Source of the DNA: the human T2T-CHM13v2.0 reference genome, Homo sapiens | Strand: one strand, 5' to 3' | Length of the DNA: 64,000 nucleotides | Assembly (NCBI RefSeq): GCF_009914755.1 | Contig: NC_060932.1 | In this document: piece by piece, positions 29,476 to 48,499 of the stretch | Position numbering within the stretch: the first letter of the stretch is position 1 | Layout: each line of letters begins with the position of its first letter | Made by a program: the position numbers and the translations under genes | The notes under the pieces: model-generated | The model's input: only the letters and a program-made list of their open reading frames with translations | Databases searched by the model: none | What the model was told of the DNA's origin: nothing

Positions 29476-31336
29476 CTTCAGGTGCTGAGCATGGCTGGAG
29501 GACACAGGAACTCTGACGCAGAAAGAAAAACAACCCAAGTGTCTCCTGGTGTCCCGTAGGTTGTACTGAATGCACAGTGCGGTGTGTGTCAGGGAGAGGA
29601 GACGGGGAGGGCCATCTACTGACGGCCACCGAGTAGGATGCAAGCTTGTTACCTAAGGATGCCATAGGTGCTGCGCAAGAACACAGCGCTGATACATATG
29701 ATCGTCATATGAAAGTACTTTAAGGCTTTATCTCAATTTAATTTTTACATTTCAGATGTAAGGAGTGTGCTTTAGGTGATATGTTAGTAACTGTCAATTG
29801 CGTTTCCTTTCCTTCTCTGCAGAAAGTGTGTGTGTGTTTCTGCAGCTTAACCTGTGGATTAGCTAGTGCTTGCCAGCACATAGAGTCTTGCCCACAGAAA
29901 GGAAATCAGAGGGCTGAGTTGTGAATATAAACGAACCACATTTAGCTCTTTATTTTTTATTATCAATACTTCACCACCTTTAATTCTGTCAGAGATTTTT
30001 CAGATTTTCAAACCATTCTCATGTACATATCATTTTATCTCAGCAGCAATAGTGTCACTGTTCCTAATTCCAAGTGGAGAAGACCAAGGCTAGGCCTGGT
30101 TATCTGCTGTCTCTGATACACACAACCAAACCCTGGTGGAGCCTGGTGTGGGTTTCCTGACTCTTACTCAGCCCAGTGTCCCCTGGTGCTTCCTGGCTCC
30201 ACGGTCCCTCAGTTACCTGGTGCCCTGGGGGTGGGGCAGGGACGCAACACACCCCCACCCCCAACCACATGCTGACTGAGCTTGTGCAGGTACTTCACCG
30301 CGTTGTCTCATGTCCTTGTCTGTCAAATGGGTGTAACATTCTCTCACCATATTGGATTGTTCTAGGATGAATTTAGGAGTTTTGAAATACCCTTTTTCCT
30401 TTGTTTTCTCTTCATCTGTTCCCCTTTTCATCATTTGACAGCTGATCAGTGCCTCTCATGAAGAAATGGAGAATGATTGGCATGAGTCCCTCAGTGGTGC
30501 TCCCTGTGAGCACCCCAGTGTCCGGCTCAGGAGATAGGAGGATAGGGCTCCCAGCAAGGACGAGGCAGGGCACGTGCTATGTCCCATACTTTCCAAGCCT
30601 GAGGAGACCTAAGACTGACTTCACGCTCCTCTGCCTACCTTGAGAGGGGTCAGTGTGTGTAGGGATGCCCCTGGCATCTGGCACATTCCTGCTCTTCTGG
30701 GTCATGGGCCAGGCGGTGGCTCTCTGTGCAGGTGCCTTTCACCCATAGGGAGAATGCTGTCCTCAGAGCAGCCACGTGGCAGTTGCAGCTAACACTCCTG
30801 CCCACGGCCCTCTGGCTGAGACCGAGGTTGAAAGTAAAGAAAGCAGGTGTCAAAATGCTTGCACCAAAGCCAGTTGGAGGGGAGCTCTGGGGCAGAGAAA
30901 GACCAAGAGTGAAGCAGGTCATCCACCTTGCCCTGTGAAGGGGTCCTCCCTCAGGGAGGTAGAGAAGATAATGTTAATCCCCTCCTATCCAAGAAACAGG
31001 CTCCCACCAGTGCCAAGTGCAGCTTTCAGTGAGCATGGCTTCCAGTGGGCATGTGTGCCTAGGAATCAGTAGTCCTATAGCCACAAAACAGTCAAAGACC
31101 TGGAACCCAATGGAACAGGTTCCATGATCCACTGAAATTCTGTCTGTCTCCTATAGTCTGCTTTTGTGTGTAAAAGAATCACCAGAAACCAGCTGTCTCA
31201 AGAAGGAATAGAAATAAGCTGACTCCTGGGGCCAGTCCGTAGTTAAGCCAGTGGCCTGCATCCTTGGCAGTGAGGGTTGACTTTCAGAATGGCACCATGA
31301 GTCATTGCTGGAACTCCAGTCATAAAAACAGACCCA

Positions 31337-31654
<318 letters not shown>

Positions 31655-31825
31655 CTAATGACTAAGTCATGAAGGTGAAAAAGATAGTTTTCATATTTAA
31701 CTTTTATTTTGTAATAATTATAGTTTCACAGTAGATTGCAAAGAAATACACGGGGGGTCTGGTGCACCCCTCCACCCCCATGTCAATATCCCACACCCAC
31801 AGTAACCACAGTAAAAACCAAAACC

Positions 31826-32256
<431 letters not shown>

Positions 32257-32435
32257 TCACTGTCACTGCAGTCAGAATCCTCCGCTGTGCCATCACCAAC
32301 GATTCCTGTGTTCGCCTTTATAGCCACGTCGATCCTTTTTTCATCCCTAGCGCTGGCAACCACTCACATGTTCTCTGTCATTATAATTATGTTGTCTTAT
32401 GGTTGTTACATGAATAGAACCATGCAGTATTTATC

Positions 32436-32545
32436 TGTATTAGTTTCCTACTAGGATTACCATATAAAGTTCCAAAAACTAGATAGCTTAAAACAATAGA
32501 AATGTATTCTCTCACACTTCCGGAGGCCAGAAGTCTGAAATCTTA
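32436..32545. mobile_element. MLT1 (MaLR) LTR fragment
   Basis: tgtattagtttcct...gcttaaaacaatagaaatgtattctctcac...ggaggccagaagtctgaaatc. Confidence 0.7.
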
Positions 32546-32550
32546 GCAGT

Positions 32551-32988
32551 GGCCAGTCGCAGTGCCTCACACCTTTAATCTCAGCACTTTGGGAGGCTGA
32601 GGCAGGAGGATCACTTGAGGCCAGGAGCCCAAGACCACCTTGGCCAACATAGTGAGACTCCGTCTCTATTTAAATTTTGTTTTTAGGCCCAGTGCTGTGG
32701 CTCACACCTGTAATACCAGCACTTTGGGAGGCCGAGGCAGGTACATCATCTGAGGTCAGGAATTGGAGATGAGCCTGTCAAACGTGGTAAAACCCCATCT
32801 CTACTAAAACTACAAAAAATTAGCTGGGTATGGTGGTGCACGCCTGTAGTCCCAGCTACTTGGGAGGCTGAGGCAGGAGAATGGCTTGAACCTGGGAGGC
32901 AGAGGTTGAGTGAGCCAAGATCGCTCCATTGCACTCCAGCCTGGGTGACAGAGTGAGACTCTTTCTCAAAAAAAAAAAAAAAAAAATT
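32551..32988 (+). mobile_element. Alu monomer (32551-32680) followed by full AluS (32686-32988)
   Basis: Two consecutive ggcc...gctcacacct starts. Confidence 0.9.
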
Positions 32989-33044
32989 CATTAAAGAAAT
33001 ATAAGGTGTCGGCCAACAGTATTGTCTAGAGATTCATCCAAAGG

Positions 33045-33640
33045 ACTAATAATGTTGAACATCTTTTCATGTGTTTACTTGCCATCCATATGTCCTCTTT
33101 GGTAAAATCCCTGTTTACATCTTTTGCCTATTGTCTAATTGGGTTGCTTGTTTGTTGGTTTATTGTTGAGTCTTTAAAGTTATTTCTATTTTTTAAATAC
33201 AAAACCTTTGTCAGATACAGGATTTGCAAATATTTTCTCAGGATCTCTAAATTCTATTTTTATCCTTTTAATGATTTTTCTTAACATAGTAGAAGTTTTT
33301 AATTTTGATGCAGTCAGATTTACCAGATTTTTCTCTTACAGATCACAGTTTTGTTGTCAAGTCTAAGAGAAGTCAAGTCTCTTTGCCTAGTCATAGGTCC
33401 CAAAGTTATTCTTTTGTGTTCTTTTCCAGAAGATTTAATTTTACACTTTACCTTCCAAGTCCATGATGCATTTGGAGTTGGGTTTTGTATAAGGTGTGTG
33501 GTTTAGGTCAAGGTTAATTTTTTCACCTTTGGATATCCATTCATTCCAGCACCATTTGTTGATATATCGTCCTTCCTCCATTAAATTGCTGTTGCACTTT
33601 TGTCAAAAATTAATTGGGCATATTTGTGTGGGAGAGATCT
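33045..33640 (-). mobile_element. Old L1 (L1M) ORF2 3' region
   Basis: gactaataatgttgaacatcttttcatgtg; ccagcaccatttgttga antisense L1 motifs. Confidence 0.8.
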
Positions 33641-33731
33641 ATTTTTTCCTGATAAATTTGCATTGGTAATATTTTTGCCTTATTACTAGCATTATAGGTG
33701 TCTATATCATCTATGCTTAAATACTTTTCCT

Positions 33732-34057
<326 letters not shown>

Positions 34058-34069
34058 CTATAAAAATTT

Positions 34070-36780
<2,711 letters not shown>

Positions 36781-37044
36781 CACTTATTAAATATCAGTAT
36801 GGACCAATGAATTCATCTTTTATTCAGCAAGTTATATCTATTACTGTATTCATTTTGATGCTCAATTTTACCATATTTAAGCTGGTTCCTGTGTCCTTTG
36901 GACACATGCCCGTCATTCTTTGAGTACCTCCTTATTTTCTGACACAGTAAGATGCGTCAAACTCATCTTTTGCTTTCTGTGCTCTGGAGTCAGCCATCTT
37001 TTCAAGAAGCTCTGGTTGATTTTAATGGAGAATGGCTTTTTGGT

Positions 37045-37215
37045 TTTGGGGTTTTTTTAGTTTTAGTTTTAGTTTTTCAGAGATGGCATCTTGCTATGTT
37101 CACTACGCTGAAATGCAGTGGCTCTTCACAGGCATGATCTTGGTGCACCACAGCCTCAAACTCCTGAGCTCAAGCGATGCCCTCACCTCAGCCTCCCAAG
37201 TAGTTGAGACTGCTC
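37045..37215 (-). mobile_element. Old Alu monomer (FRAM/FAM-like) within degenerate L1 sequence
   Basis: gagatggcatcttgctatgtt...cacagcctcaaactcctgagctcaagcgat. Confidence 0.75.
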
Positions 37216-38378
37216 CTGAGTCACTTGTGCCACTGTGGCTGGTTAAGAATGTTACTTAGAAGCCAAGATCCGGGTTCTAGGTGGGCTTCCTGCTATTGAG
37301 ATATCATTGCCTCTCTGCCCTCTCAGTGGACAGAGGAAGGAAATGTGTGTGTATATTCATCCACATACACACACAACTATATCTACTTCTATATTTCTAT
37401 CTATCTAAAATCATTATTTCATACCAATACTTCCAACTCTAGATCATTACCACAGAATTTATTCTAAGTTTTCTTATTTCTATATGTATAACTCGCTTCT
37501 CCAACAGTAAGAAGCTTGGCTTCATTTTCCTCAATATTACTTATTCATACTTCCTGTATATAATCAACCTCCTGACAATGTAGGCCACTTCCTTCACCCC
37601 AACCCTCAGCTACGCACCACACAAGTGACCTTCTCTGCCCAGTCCTGTTAACTGGCCATGTGGAATTCTCAGCCTGACCACACCGTCTGTGCCAGCAACA
37701 CCAGCTGAACCTCCAACTGGCCACATCCTCAGGCCCTGGCCCTGCTGACCATCCTTGGCCCCATTTGCGTCTACTGAATCCTAAGCCCTGACCAAAAGGA
37801 AAGGGCAGAATACCAGTCTAATGGAACTTGAAAAGGCATTACAAGTTTTGAAGATAAGAAAAAAATGAAAAAATATAGAAGGAAAGAAGAAAAGAAAATA
37901 ATAAAACCTGTTGCAGATGCAACAAATATGCGACACCAGCTTTATACCAAGGCCCTGTACAAAGTCTGAGGGCAAGTAAGATCTGTTCCTAACCCTCAGG
38001 AAACTTACAACTGGCTGGAAAGAATAATATGTATGTACTACACAGGAAACAATGTTGTAATTAACATTCTAAGTATATAAACAGAGGATCAGGAGGAAAA
38101 GAACAATGGATTCAGCCTGAGGATGTCAGTGGACAAATGGAATGCTGCCAGGGAAGGGTGGCCTGTTCCCAACCAAGGAAGCCTTTAACCAGGTGCAAAG
38201 TCGAGGCACCCAGGGCACATGGGGCTAGTGACCAAGATGTGCAAAGTCTAGTGTATGTTTTAAAGTGTTTTTGAAATAATATCTTAAATTGTTAGTATAT
38301 GTATAACTTCTGCTTTTAAATGCTTTTAAAACATTTTTTGGTATAATAATTAATCTTTATTGTGTCTTCAAATTGTAG

Positions 38379-38589
38379 CTGAAGAGTCTGCTGCTTCTGG
38401 AGCAAAGGGAGATCTGGCTGCTAGTGACCGATGTCACTCTGCAAACGAAGGAGGAGAGAGACCCCAGGCTCCCCAAAACCCTGCTGGTCTATGTGGCCCC
38501 CTTGTGTGTGCTGGGCTCTGAAGTCCTGGAGGCACTCGCTGGGGCTGCCCCTCACAGCCTCTTCTTCAAGGACGCTCTCCGTGACCAGG
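38379..38589 (+). CDS. SPIDR: SPIDR coding exon (probably 15), 211 nt, LKSLLLLEQREIWLLVTDVTLQTKEERDPRLPKTLLVYVAPLCVLGSEVLEALAGAAPHSLFFKDALRDQ
   Basis: Acceptor aattgtag ends 38378; donor CAGG|gtgtgc at 38590; phase 0/1; same frame as ORF 38424..38615. Confidence 0.93.
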
Positions 38590-39205
38590 GTGTGCTTGCG
38601 TCTCCACAGCTTTGATGCAGGGGCGACTGATCCGTGCCCATAGAATACCTCTTGTGGCCTCTGGATGCCTCCTTGTTGCTTGGACGCTGCCGGCACCTTC
38701 ACGGAGCCCATCACAGACATGGCCCATGTACCAGCCTCCAGCCTTCACTGACCCTGTAGCAGCCACCTGGGCAGAACCAGCTCCATGGAGATGCTGTGCT
38801 CACTCCAGAATTGCCTGCTGGTGGCACCCCATACTGCTGCAGACTCCACAAACAAACCAAAAGCTAGAATATTATAAATGCGTATACTTAGATCAGCCAG
38901 CCCCTTTTTCCAGGGATCAAACTAAAATCCTGCCTCAGCTATCTTTTTTAATTTTTATTGAGTCATAATTCACATGCCACATAATTTACCCTGTGTGGAT
39001 TGACTTGAATCTCACATTTGAGTGCTTTTTTAGCTTAGCTCATGGGGTTCAGGAGTGTGCACACACAATGAACGTGCTGCTGGACACAGTCCCATAACTG
39101 CACCTTCACCTGCATGACTCGAGGGGTAGCAAAGGAGACTGCCATTATGGGCACAATTCACTTTTTCTTCAAGGCTTCAATAACCTGAAGTGTCTCTGTC
39201 GGCAG

Positions 39206-39358
39206 GTCGGATTGTTTGTGCTGAACGAACTGTCCTCTTGCTTCAGAAGCCCCTTTTGAGTGTGGTCTCTGGTGCAAGTTCCTGTGAGCTGCCTGGCCCG
39301 GTGATGCTCGACAGCCTGGACTCTGCAACACCTGTCAACTCCATCTGCAGTGTTCAAG
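39206..39358 (+). CDS. SPIDR: SPIDR coding exon (probably 16), 153 nt, (G)RIVCAERTVLLLQKPLLSVVSGASSCELPGPVMLDSLDSATPVNSICSVQ
   Basis: Acceptor tctctgtcggcag ends 39205; donor AAG|gtaggc at 39359; phase 1/1. Confidence 0.94.
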
Positions 39359-39414
39359 GTAGGCAGCCATCTCACAGGAATTGGTGCTTATACTTTCTTA
39401 ACTGTTATACTTTA

Positions 39415-40200
39415 TATTCATTTACTCATTTATTCAACAAGTATTTGTGGAGCACCCGCTAAGTTCCAGACACTGGATACATAAAGAACAAAAGCAGAAA
39501 TTGTTCTTGGTATCAGACTCGAGTCTGCACAGAAAGATGTGAATCAGACGAACACAGACAGGCCTATCCTCAGGCTCTGAGTGCTCTAGCCGCTGATAAC
39601 CTGGGCCCACGTCTTAGTGGGGAACTCAGGGAAGGCTTCCCAAAGACAGGAGCCTCAAGCTGAGCTCTGAAGCATAGATGAGACTACTTAGGTCAGGGAT
39701 GGAGCAGGAGGAACATTCCTGGGAAGAGAGCAGGACTTCGTAAGGCCACTGGCATGAGAAAGTTGGTGAGCAGGGGTGTCTGGGAAGAGGCAGGACAGGC
39801 AGCCAGATGGAGGTGGGACCAAGCTGAGGCTGGTGGGCCCACCAGGCTGGTGGTGTCAGGAGTGTGTTCTGTCATTGGTACAGGCGGCCTGGTCTGATGT
39901 CCTCCCTGCAGAGCAGAGTGGAGGGACTGGGTGGCAGAGGTAGAGAAGGAAATCCAAGGATGGACTTAGGGAAATCGGCAGGTTGAGCGATGAATTGGGC
40001 ATAGATGGAGGCAGAAGACATCTGACAACCTCCGAGCTCCTGGCTCAGTTGAGGTAACAGTGGTGCTGTTCATTAAGTAGGATGTGGCAGGCAAAGTCAG
40101 CTTTGAGGGGACCTGCTCAGTTCTGTCGGGAGAGTTTGCGTGTTTTACATACATCTGAGATGTTTCAGTAGCTGGTTAGATATGTGAGTCTGGAGCTGAA
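39415..40200 (-). mobile_element. L2 LINE fragment
   Basis: ttcatttactcatttattcaacaagtatttgtggagcacc L2 3' end; degenerate body to gatatgtgagtctggagct. Confidence 0.7.
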
Positions 40201-40824
40201 AATAGCATTATTATTTTCTCTTTTTTAACTTTATAAAACTTAGTAATAAAAGTCATACATGTCTAGTGGAACTAGTGAAAAATAAGAGAAAGTTAACAGC
40301 CCACCCTCTGTCCCCGGCTTCCTGCCTGTGCTGGCGCATCCAGGAGACACAGCTGCCCGCCTTGAGGGTGTATGCGTTCTTGCAAGTCAAATGATTTACT
40401 GCACATTATTCTGCCACTTGCTTCCCTCTAGGAGGGATGTCCGTCCAGGTGGGGGGAGAGGTCAAACTCAAGAGTTTAATAGTTGCATAGCATCCCCTCA
40501 TATGAATAAACTCTTCCTCCACTCATGGACATCCAGGATCTCTCGTGTTTTTGCAATTATTAAACAAGGCTGTAATAAACATTCTTGGACATCAATCTCT
40601 ACTGATTTCTGTAAAGGAGGATTTCAGCGGCTTGGGGTTTATGGACTTTTTAAACAACTTTATTGAGCTATAACTCAGTAATACCCTATAATTCACTCCT
40701 TTAAAGTGTTTTTAGTATTCACAGAATTGTGCAAAGATCACTACAATCTAATTTTAGAACAAAAACCCATACCCGTTATCATTCACGCCCCGTTACCACC
40801 CACCCTCCCACACCCTAGTCTTAG

Positions 40825-41212
<388 letters not shown>

Positions 41213-41227
41213 TAACTGGAATAATAT

Positions 41228-41307
41228 TTAGGCTGGTGCAAAAATAATTGTGGTTTTTGCCATTAAAAGTAATGGAAAGAGCCGTGATTACTTTTGCACA
41301 AACCTAA
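41228..41307. mobile_element. MADE1, full-length 80-bp palindromic MITE
   Basis: ttaggctggtgcaaaaataattgtggtttttgccatt aaaagt aatggaaagagccgtgattacttttgcacaaacctaa: two 37-bp inverted arms and a 6-bp spacer. Confidence 0.92.
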
Positions 41308-41553
41308 CATACTATGTGATCTTTCATGATTAGCATCTTTCAATCAGCATAAATGTTTTCAAGGTTCATCCACAATGCAGTGTGTATTTCTTTTATGGCA
41401 TAATAACATTTCATTGCACAGATATGCCACATTTTGTTTATCCTTTCCTCAGTTGATGGACATTTCATTTGGGTTGTTTCTACTTTTTGGCTACTACGAA
41501 TAAAGCTGCTATGAATATTCATGGACAAGGTTTTGTTTGAACGCCTGTTTTGA

Positions 41554-42049
<496 letters not shown>

Positions 42050-42214
42050 TAACTAGTTCCTGACTTTTTATAATTGATAAACAGAAAACTCTTGTGATTC
42101 CATTGTTGCTTTCACATTCTTTTCACTGTGTTGAGGCCATTTGGATTTTCTCTTCTGTGCATCTCCTTTTGGGGTTAATGCTAACACATTACTGCAGTTA
42201 TGGGGTGATGGGTC

Positions 42215-42310
42215 ATATGGGGCCTCCATTTTCTCATCTGTAAAATAGGGCTAACGGAATCAGCCTCAAAACACTGTTGAGAATTAAATGAGATAATGCT
42301 CAGGAGGCTT
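42215..42310 (+). mobile_element. MIR fragment
   Basis: gcctccattttctcatctgtaaaataggg...gttgagaattaaatgagataatg. Confidence 0.75.
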
Positions 42311-44482
42311 TGGGGGCTTTGAAGCTCTGAGTCCAGTGGAGAAAACAGACATCTCAGTACTGGTACCAGGAGTCAGGAAGGGAGGGAGGGATGTCTGAGG
42401 GCTGCAGCCACTGACTGCAGAGGGTGGGTGGCCTTAGGACCATCAGGATTTGTCAAGTAGAGTTGGGCAAGGCTGTAAGAGCAGGTGGAAGGGCACATGG
42501 AAAACCCACAGAAGTGCTGGGAGCAGTTATAAACCCTCCCAAGTGATGGGAGAGGGGCAGGGACCAAGAAGGGCAGCAGGGGACCCAGTTGCTTGTGTAT
42601 TGCTCTGCTTTCCCTGGCCATGTGGAGATTATATGGTCAGATTTTTTAATGAAGAAATTCTGCAGCCCCAGAGACTGTGATGCAAAGCAGGGAGAGATGA
42701 TTGGCAGGAAGAAGAGGGTCTGCAGGGGTGGAGCAGACTGCCTGGCCCACGTGAGCCAGCGTGGAGCTGCTCTTTGGTGTACAGCAGCACTGTGTCCCTG
42801 AGCAGACCGGCTACAGGGACAGGGCATATGGTGCAGAGGGATGCAGCCTGGTCCCTGGGGCGCATGTGCTATTTGTGTGCCTTTGGCAGTGACCCATCGC
42901 TCGCTTCCAGGGCTTGCTGGTCTCCAGGCTCATGTATAAGGACATCCCTTCCACCTTCATTCTCTTCACTGGTTGCTACCTGTTCTTCTCCCACCCCCTC
43001 AGCTCTCCCAGAGGCCAGGATTAGTCAGGGGCTCAGGGAGAACATCCCACAGTGAAGGTCTCAGCTCTGGGTCTGAGAGTCACAGCCATGCCACAAACCA
43101 GTTAGGCTGCATGGGACCCTGTTATTTTATGACCAGAAGAATCGCCACCACCCATAGCAGTGTCTCATGAGAAAATGTGTACCTGAAGAACCCCAAGGAG
43201 GGTTTCCCTAACCCATTCCTAACTACGGCCAATGAGTGCCACAGGTGCACACAGAGGCAGATCCTCACCTTTTGTGCCTGTGGCAGTAGGCCTGCCTGTT
43301 GGTACACTGAGGGAACTTTGCTCTAGGTGGTCAGATGCAGCCTCATGTGACTTAGTGCAGTAACCTCCCTGTTGGGCATTAGCTGTGTTGGCAGCAGCTG
43401 GGAACACTGATGAGGCTCAGTCATCCTTAGGCCCCACCTTACTTAAACTGAACCTTCAAATGGGTGTTGAAAACTAAATATGTGTAATGTAATCAATAGG
43501 CAGTTTGATCTGTCACAAAGCTCTGTTCCTGGTAGCAAATTTAGGTGTTCTAGAGATCAGCAGTTCAGATTCTTAAGCACCTAACCACTGGAAGGAGAGC
43601 AGCACAAGATGCCATTCCTAACACTCGGCTGCTGCCTTCAGACCTCTGTGGGCTTTGCTGAGTGTAACACCTTTCTAAAATGAGAGCAGCCCTGGGGCAC
43701 ATGCTGTTGGCACCCTCCTTAATCAAAAACAGCTGCACAGGTCCAAGCCCAGTGTCCATATGCCAGACACATTGAAGGACTCTAGAGGCTGGGGTTCCCT
43801 GTATCCAGTCCACCCAAGCCACATTTCAAAGCTTGTAGCCGAGATCTGTGCTTTTATTCCAAGGTTTGAATGGACAGTAACAGTGGAGGCATGCACTACT
43901 AAAGCTACGTGCTTGCCTCCATGTGCAGTAGAGAGGGCATCATATCAGTCACATACGGAGATCAAACACACATTTGTCCTTTGCTCATCCAATGCTGTTC
44001 CCAACTAAAAGCAAAGAAGCAAGATTTCTAAACAGGGGAGGAAACATGCTCTGATTGGTTCATGTATTTTGCATGTATTAAGATGAAAATTATTTTTTTT
44101 TTCTGTGCCCTCATTTTACAAATTGGTGGGATCAACGTTTCTGACTAAGCCAGTTGTATTTAGGCAGTTTTTCCTTCTCAAATTCACTTAAGAAATATGC
44201 TTAAACTACTTATCTTTGGCTCTTTTTTTTTTTCATTTTTCTGTACCTCATTGGAGGCAAGGGCTCCTTTTTATTTTTTTAACATGAGCACTAGTCAGGA
44301 AGATGAATTACTATCCTCATGGTTTAAGTCACCTTTCATTTTTTCATTGCACGTTGATAAAACTTTATTTTATAAAGTGTAAACCACAGTGAGACATTCA
44401 GACATTACCTATAAACTTCATTTTCTTTTATAGAAATATTGAAGAATAGAAATACGGTCTTGGCCAAGCAATGGCAGGATTC

Positions 44483-44645
44483 TTTTTTTTTCCCCTCAAC
44501 TTTTAAGTTCTGGGGTACATGTGCAGGACGTGCAGGTTTGTTAAATAGGTAGACGTGTGCCATGGTGGTTTGCTGCACAGATCAACCCATCACCCAGGTA
44601 TTAAGCCCAGCATACATTAGCTATTCTTGATGCTCTCCCTTCCCC
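44483..44645 (-). mobile_element. L1PA (primate L1) 3' end, severely 5'-truncated
   Basis: ttttaagttctggggtacatgtgcaggacgtgcaggtttgtta...gtgccatggtggtttgctgcac. Confidence 0.88.
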
Positions 44646-44943
44646 TACGCAGGGCTCCTTCTAAATAGAGAAAAGTTGGAAACCCTCACAGGTCTTCCCT
44701 GTGAGAGAGCTGTGGGTGAATACTGAGGTGAGGTGGTGAGCAGGAAGGGAGTGGGTACTGGGGGAGGTGGCCTGCATGGCACAGAGACAGCACTAAACAC
44801 AGGCACCATTGGTTTGCCAATGAGAAGTTCTAGGCCTCTCAACGTCAGTTAGTAAATGTCCTAGGAACCTAAAGTCACTTTAGTGGCCTGAACAGGGAAG
44901 CAGCCCTGCCATCCTAAGCTTCATAGAAACGATGTAAGTACCA

Positions 44944-45347
<404 letters not shown>

Positions 45348-45359
45348 CTAACAAGGGGT

Positions 45360-45605
45360 GAGTGCCCTAGGAGCCAGGCTGGAGGGACCAGGGGTTCCTA
45401 CTCCTGGGAAAGCCAAGGGAGCCAGAGTCTCAATGCTCCTCACACCCAGGGAAGCCAGGGCCCCCACATCTCCCACACTGAAGGAAACCAGGGAAGCCAA
45501 GGCCCCCACATCTCCCACAGTCAACCCGCACTCAAGGAACCCAATGCTCCTTACATTTACAGGAGCCAGGGCTCCCATGCCCCCTCACACCCAGGGGAGC
45601 CAGCA
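45360..45605. repeat. Degenerate C-rich tandem repeat (~42 bp period)
   Basis: cagggaagcca(g/a)ggcccccacatctcccaca at 45447 and 45489; caatgctcct and ctcacacccaggg also recur. Confidence 0.75.
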
Positions 45606-46411
45606 TTCTCTGTTTGTGTTGTACAGTTCTGTTGGTTTTGACAGATGTATAATACCATGTACTACCGTTACCATTAGTGTATCATACAGAATAGTTTCAC
45701 CACCCTAAAAATCCTGTGCTCTGGCTCTTCATCCCTCCCTCCCCACTGACTACTGGCAGCCACTCTTCTTTGTACTGTCTCTGTAGTTTGGCCTTGTCCA
45801 GAATGTCATATAGTTGGAATCATGCAGTATGCAACCTTTTCAGATTAGCTTATTTCCGTTAGCAATATGCATTTAAGGTTCCTCCACATCTTTTCATGGC
45901 TTGATAGCGCATTTCTTTTTAGCACTGAATAGTATTCCATTGCATGGATGTACCACAGTTTTCTGGTTTGCTTCCAAGTTTTGGCAATTATTAATGAGGC
46001 TGCAATAGACGTGTGTGAAGGTTTTTGTGTGGGCATAAGTTTTCAACTCGTGGGTAAATACCAAGAAGTATGATTGCTGGATCATATGTTTAGTTTTCGA
46101 AGTAACTGCTAAGCCGTCTTCCAAAGTTGGCTGTATCATTTTGCATTCCCACCAGCAATGAATAAGAGCTCCTCTTGATCCACATCCTCACCAGCATTTG
46201 GTGTTACTAGTGTTTTGGATTTTTGCCATTCTAATAGATGTGTAGTAGTATCTCACTGCTGCTTCAATTTGCAATTCCTTAATGACATATGACATTTAGC
46301 ATCTTTTCATATGGTTATTTGTCAACCTCTTTGATGATTTGTCTGTTCAAATCATTTGCCCATTTTTTAATTGGGTTGTTCATTTTCTTATTGTTGAGTT
46401 TTAAGTGTTAA

Positions 46412-46773
<362 letters not shown>

Positions 46774-47182
46774 CCTTTTCATACTCTTAATAAGTCTTTT
46801 TGCAAACCATAAGTTTTAATTTTAATGAAGTCTCACATCAGTTGTTTCTTTCACGAATTGCATTTCTGGTGTTACATCTAAAAACTCATTGTAAAACCCA
46901 TGATCATCTAGATTTTCTCCTGTTTTCTTTCTAGGAGTTTCGTGTTTTACATTTAAGTCTATGATCCATTTTGAATTAATTTTTGTAAAAGATGTAAGAT
47001 CTATGTCTAGATTCATTTTTTTGCCTGTGGAAATCTAGTTGTTCTGGCACCATTTGTTGAAAAGACTGTTCTTTCTCCATTGAAATGTCTTTGTTCCTTT
47101 GTCAAAGATCAGGTGACTATATTTATGAGGGTCTGTGTTCCCTTGATCTATTTGTTCTTTTGCTACCAGTACACCATCTTAA

Positions 47183-47491
<309 letters not shown>

Positions 47492-48426
47492 AATTACTGC
47501 GACTTTTAAGTCTTGAAGTCGGGTACTGTCAGTTTTCCAACTTTGTTCTTGTTCTTCAATATTGTCTTGGCTATTCTAGGTCATTTTGCCTCTCCATATA
47601 AACTTTAGAATCAGTTTGTTGATATCCACAAAATAACTTGATGAGATTTTGATTAGGATAGTGTTGAGTCTGTAGATCAGGTGGGGAAAAAATGACATGT
47701 TGTAATACTAGAGCCTTCTTATCCATGAACATGGAATATCTTTGCATTTATTTATATCTTCTTTGATATCTTTCAGAAGAGTTTTTTAGTTTTCCTCATA
47801 CAGATCTTGTACATATTTTGTTAGATTTATACCTAAGTATTTCATTTATTTTGTTGCTATTGTAAATAGTATTATTTTTAATTTCAAATTCCAATCGTTC
47901 ATTGAGTTTCATAGGAAAACAATTAACTTTTTGATATTAACCCTGCAACTTTGCTGTAATCACTTAGTAGTTCCAGTGGTCTTTTGTTGTTTCTTTGAGA
48001 TTTTCTCCATAGAATACTAGGTCATCTGTGAACAGTTTTCTTTCTTCCTTCTCAATCTGTGTATCTTTTATTTTATTTTCTTGTCTTACTGCATTAGCTA
48101 GGACTATCAGTACCATGTAGAATAGCAGTAGTGGGAACATCCTTGCCCTGTTCTTAATCTTAAGGGTTAACCATGTATTTTCTCACCATTGATTATGATG
48201 TTAGCCAGAGGGGTTTTGTTCTTCCATTTGCTGGAGATAGTATCACTTTGGAAGAAAATAATATTAGCTCTCCTTCCCTTCTTTTATTACACTCTTCTTT
48301 TCCATCTACCTACCTTTGCATCTGCACTTTATATTGTTAAGATTGGTAACATTCTGTTGTATAACTATAATTAAGCTTTGCACACATTTTCTACAGATTG
48401 ATTCTCAAAGATGAAAATCATTCTAT

Positions 48427-48490
48427 ACAAGTTGAGTATCCCATATCCGAAATGCTTGGAACCAGAAATGTTTTGGATTTTTTATTGGTT
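48427..48490. mobile_element. Tigger4/Zombi end fragment
   Basis: tacaagttgagtatcccatatccgaaatgcttggaaccagaaatgttttggattt; same TIR as 9251. Confidence 0.75.
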
Positions 48491-48499
48491 TTTTCATCC

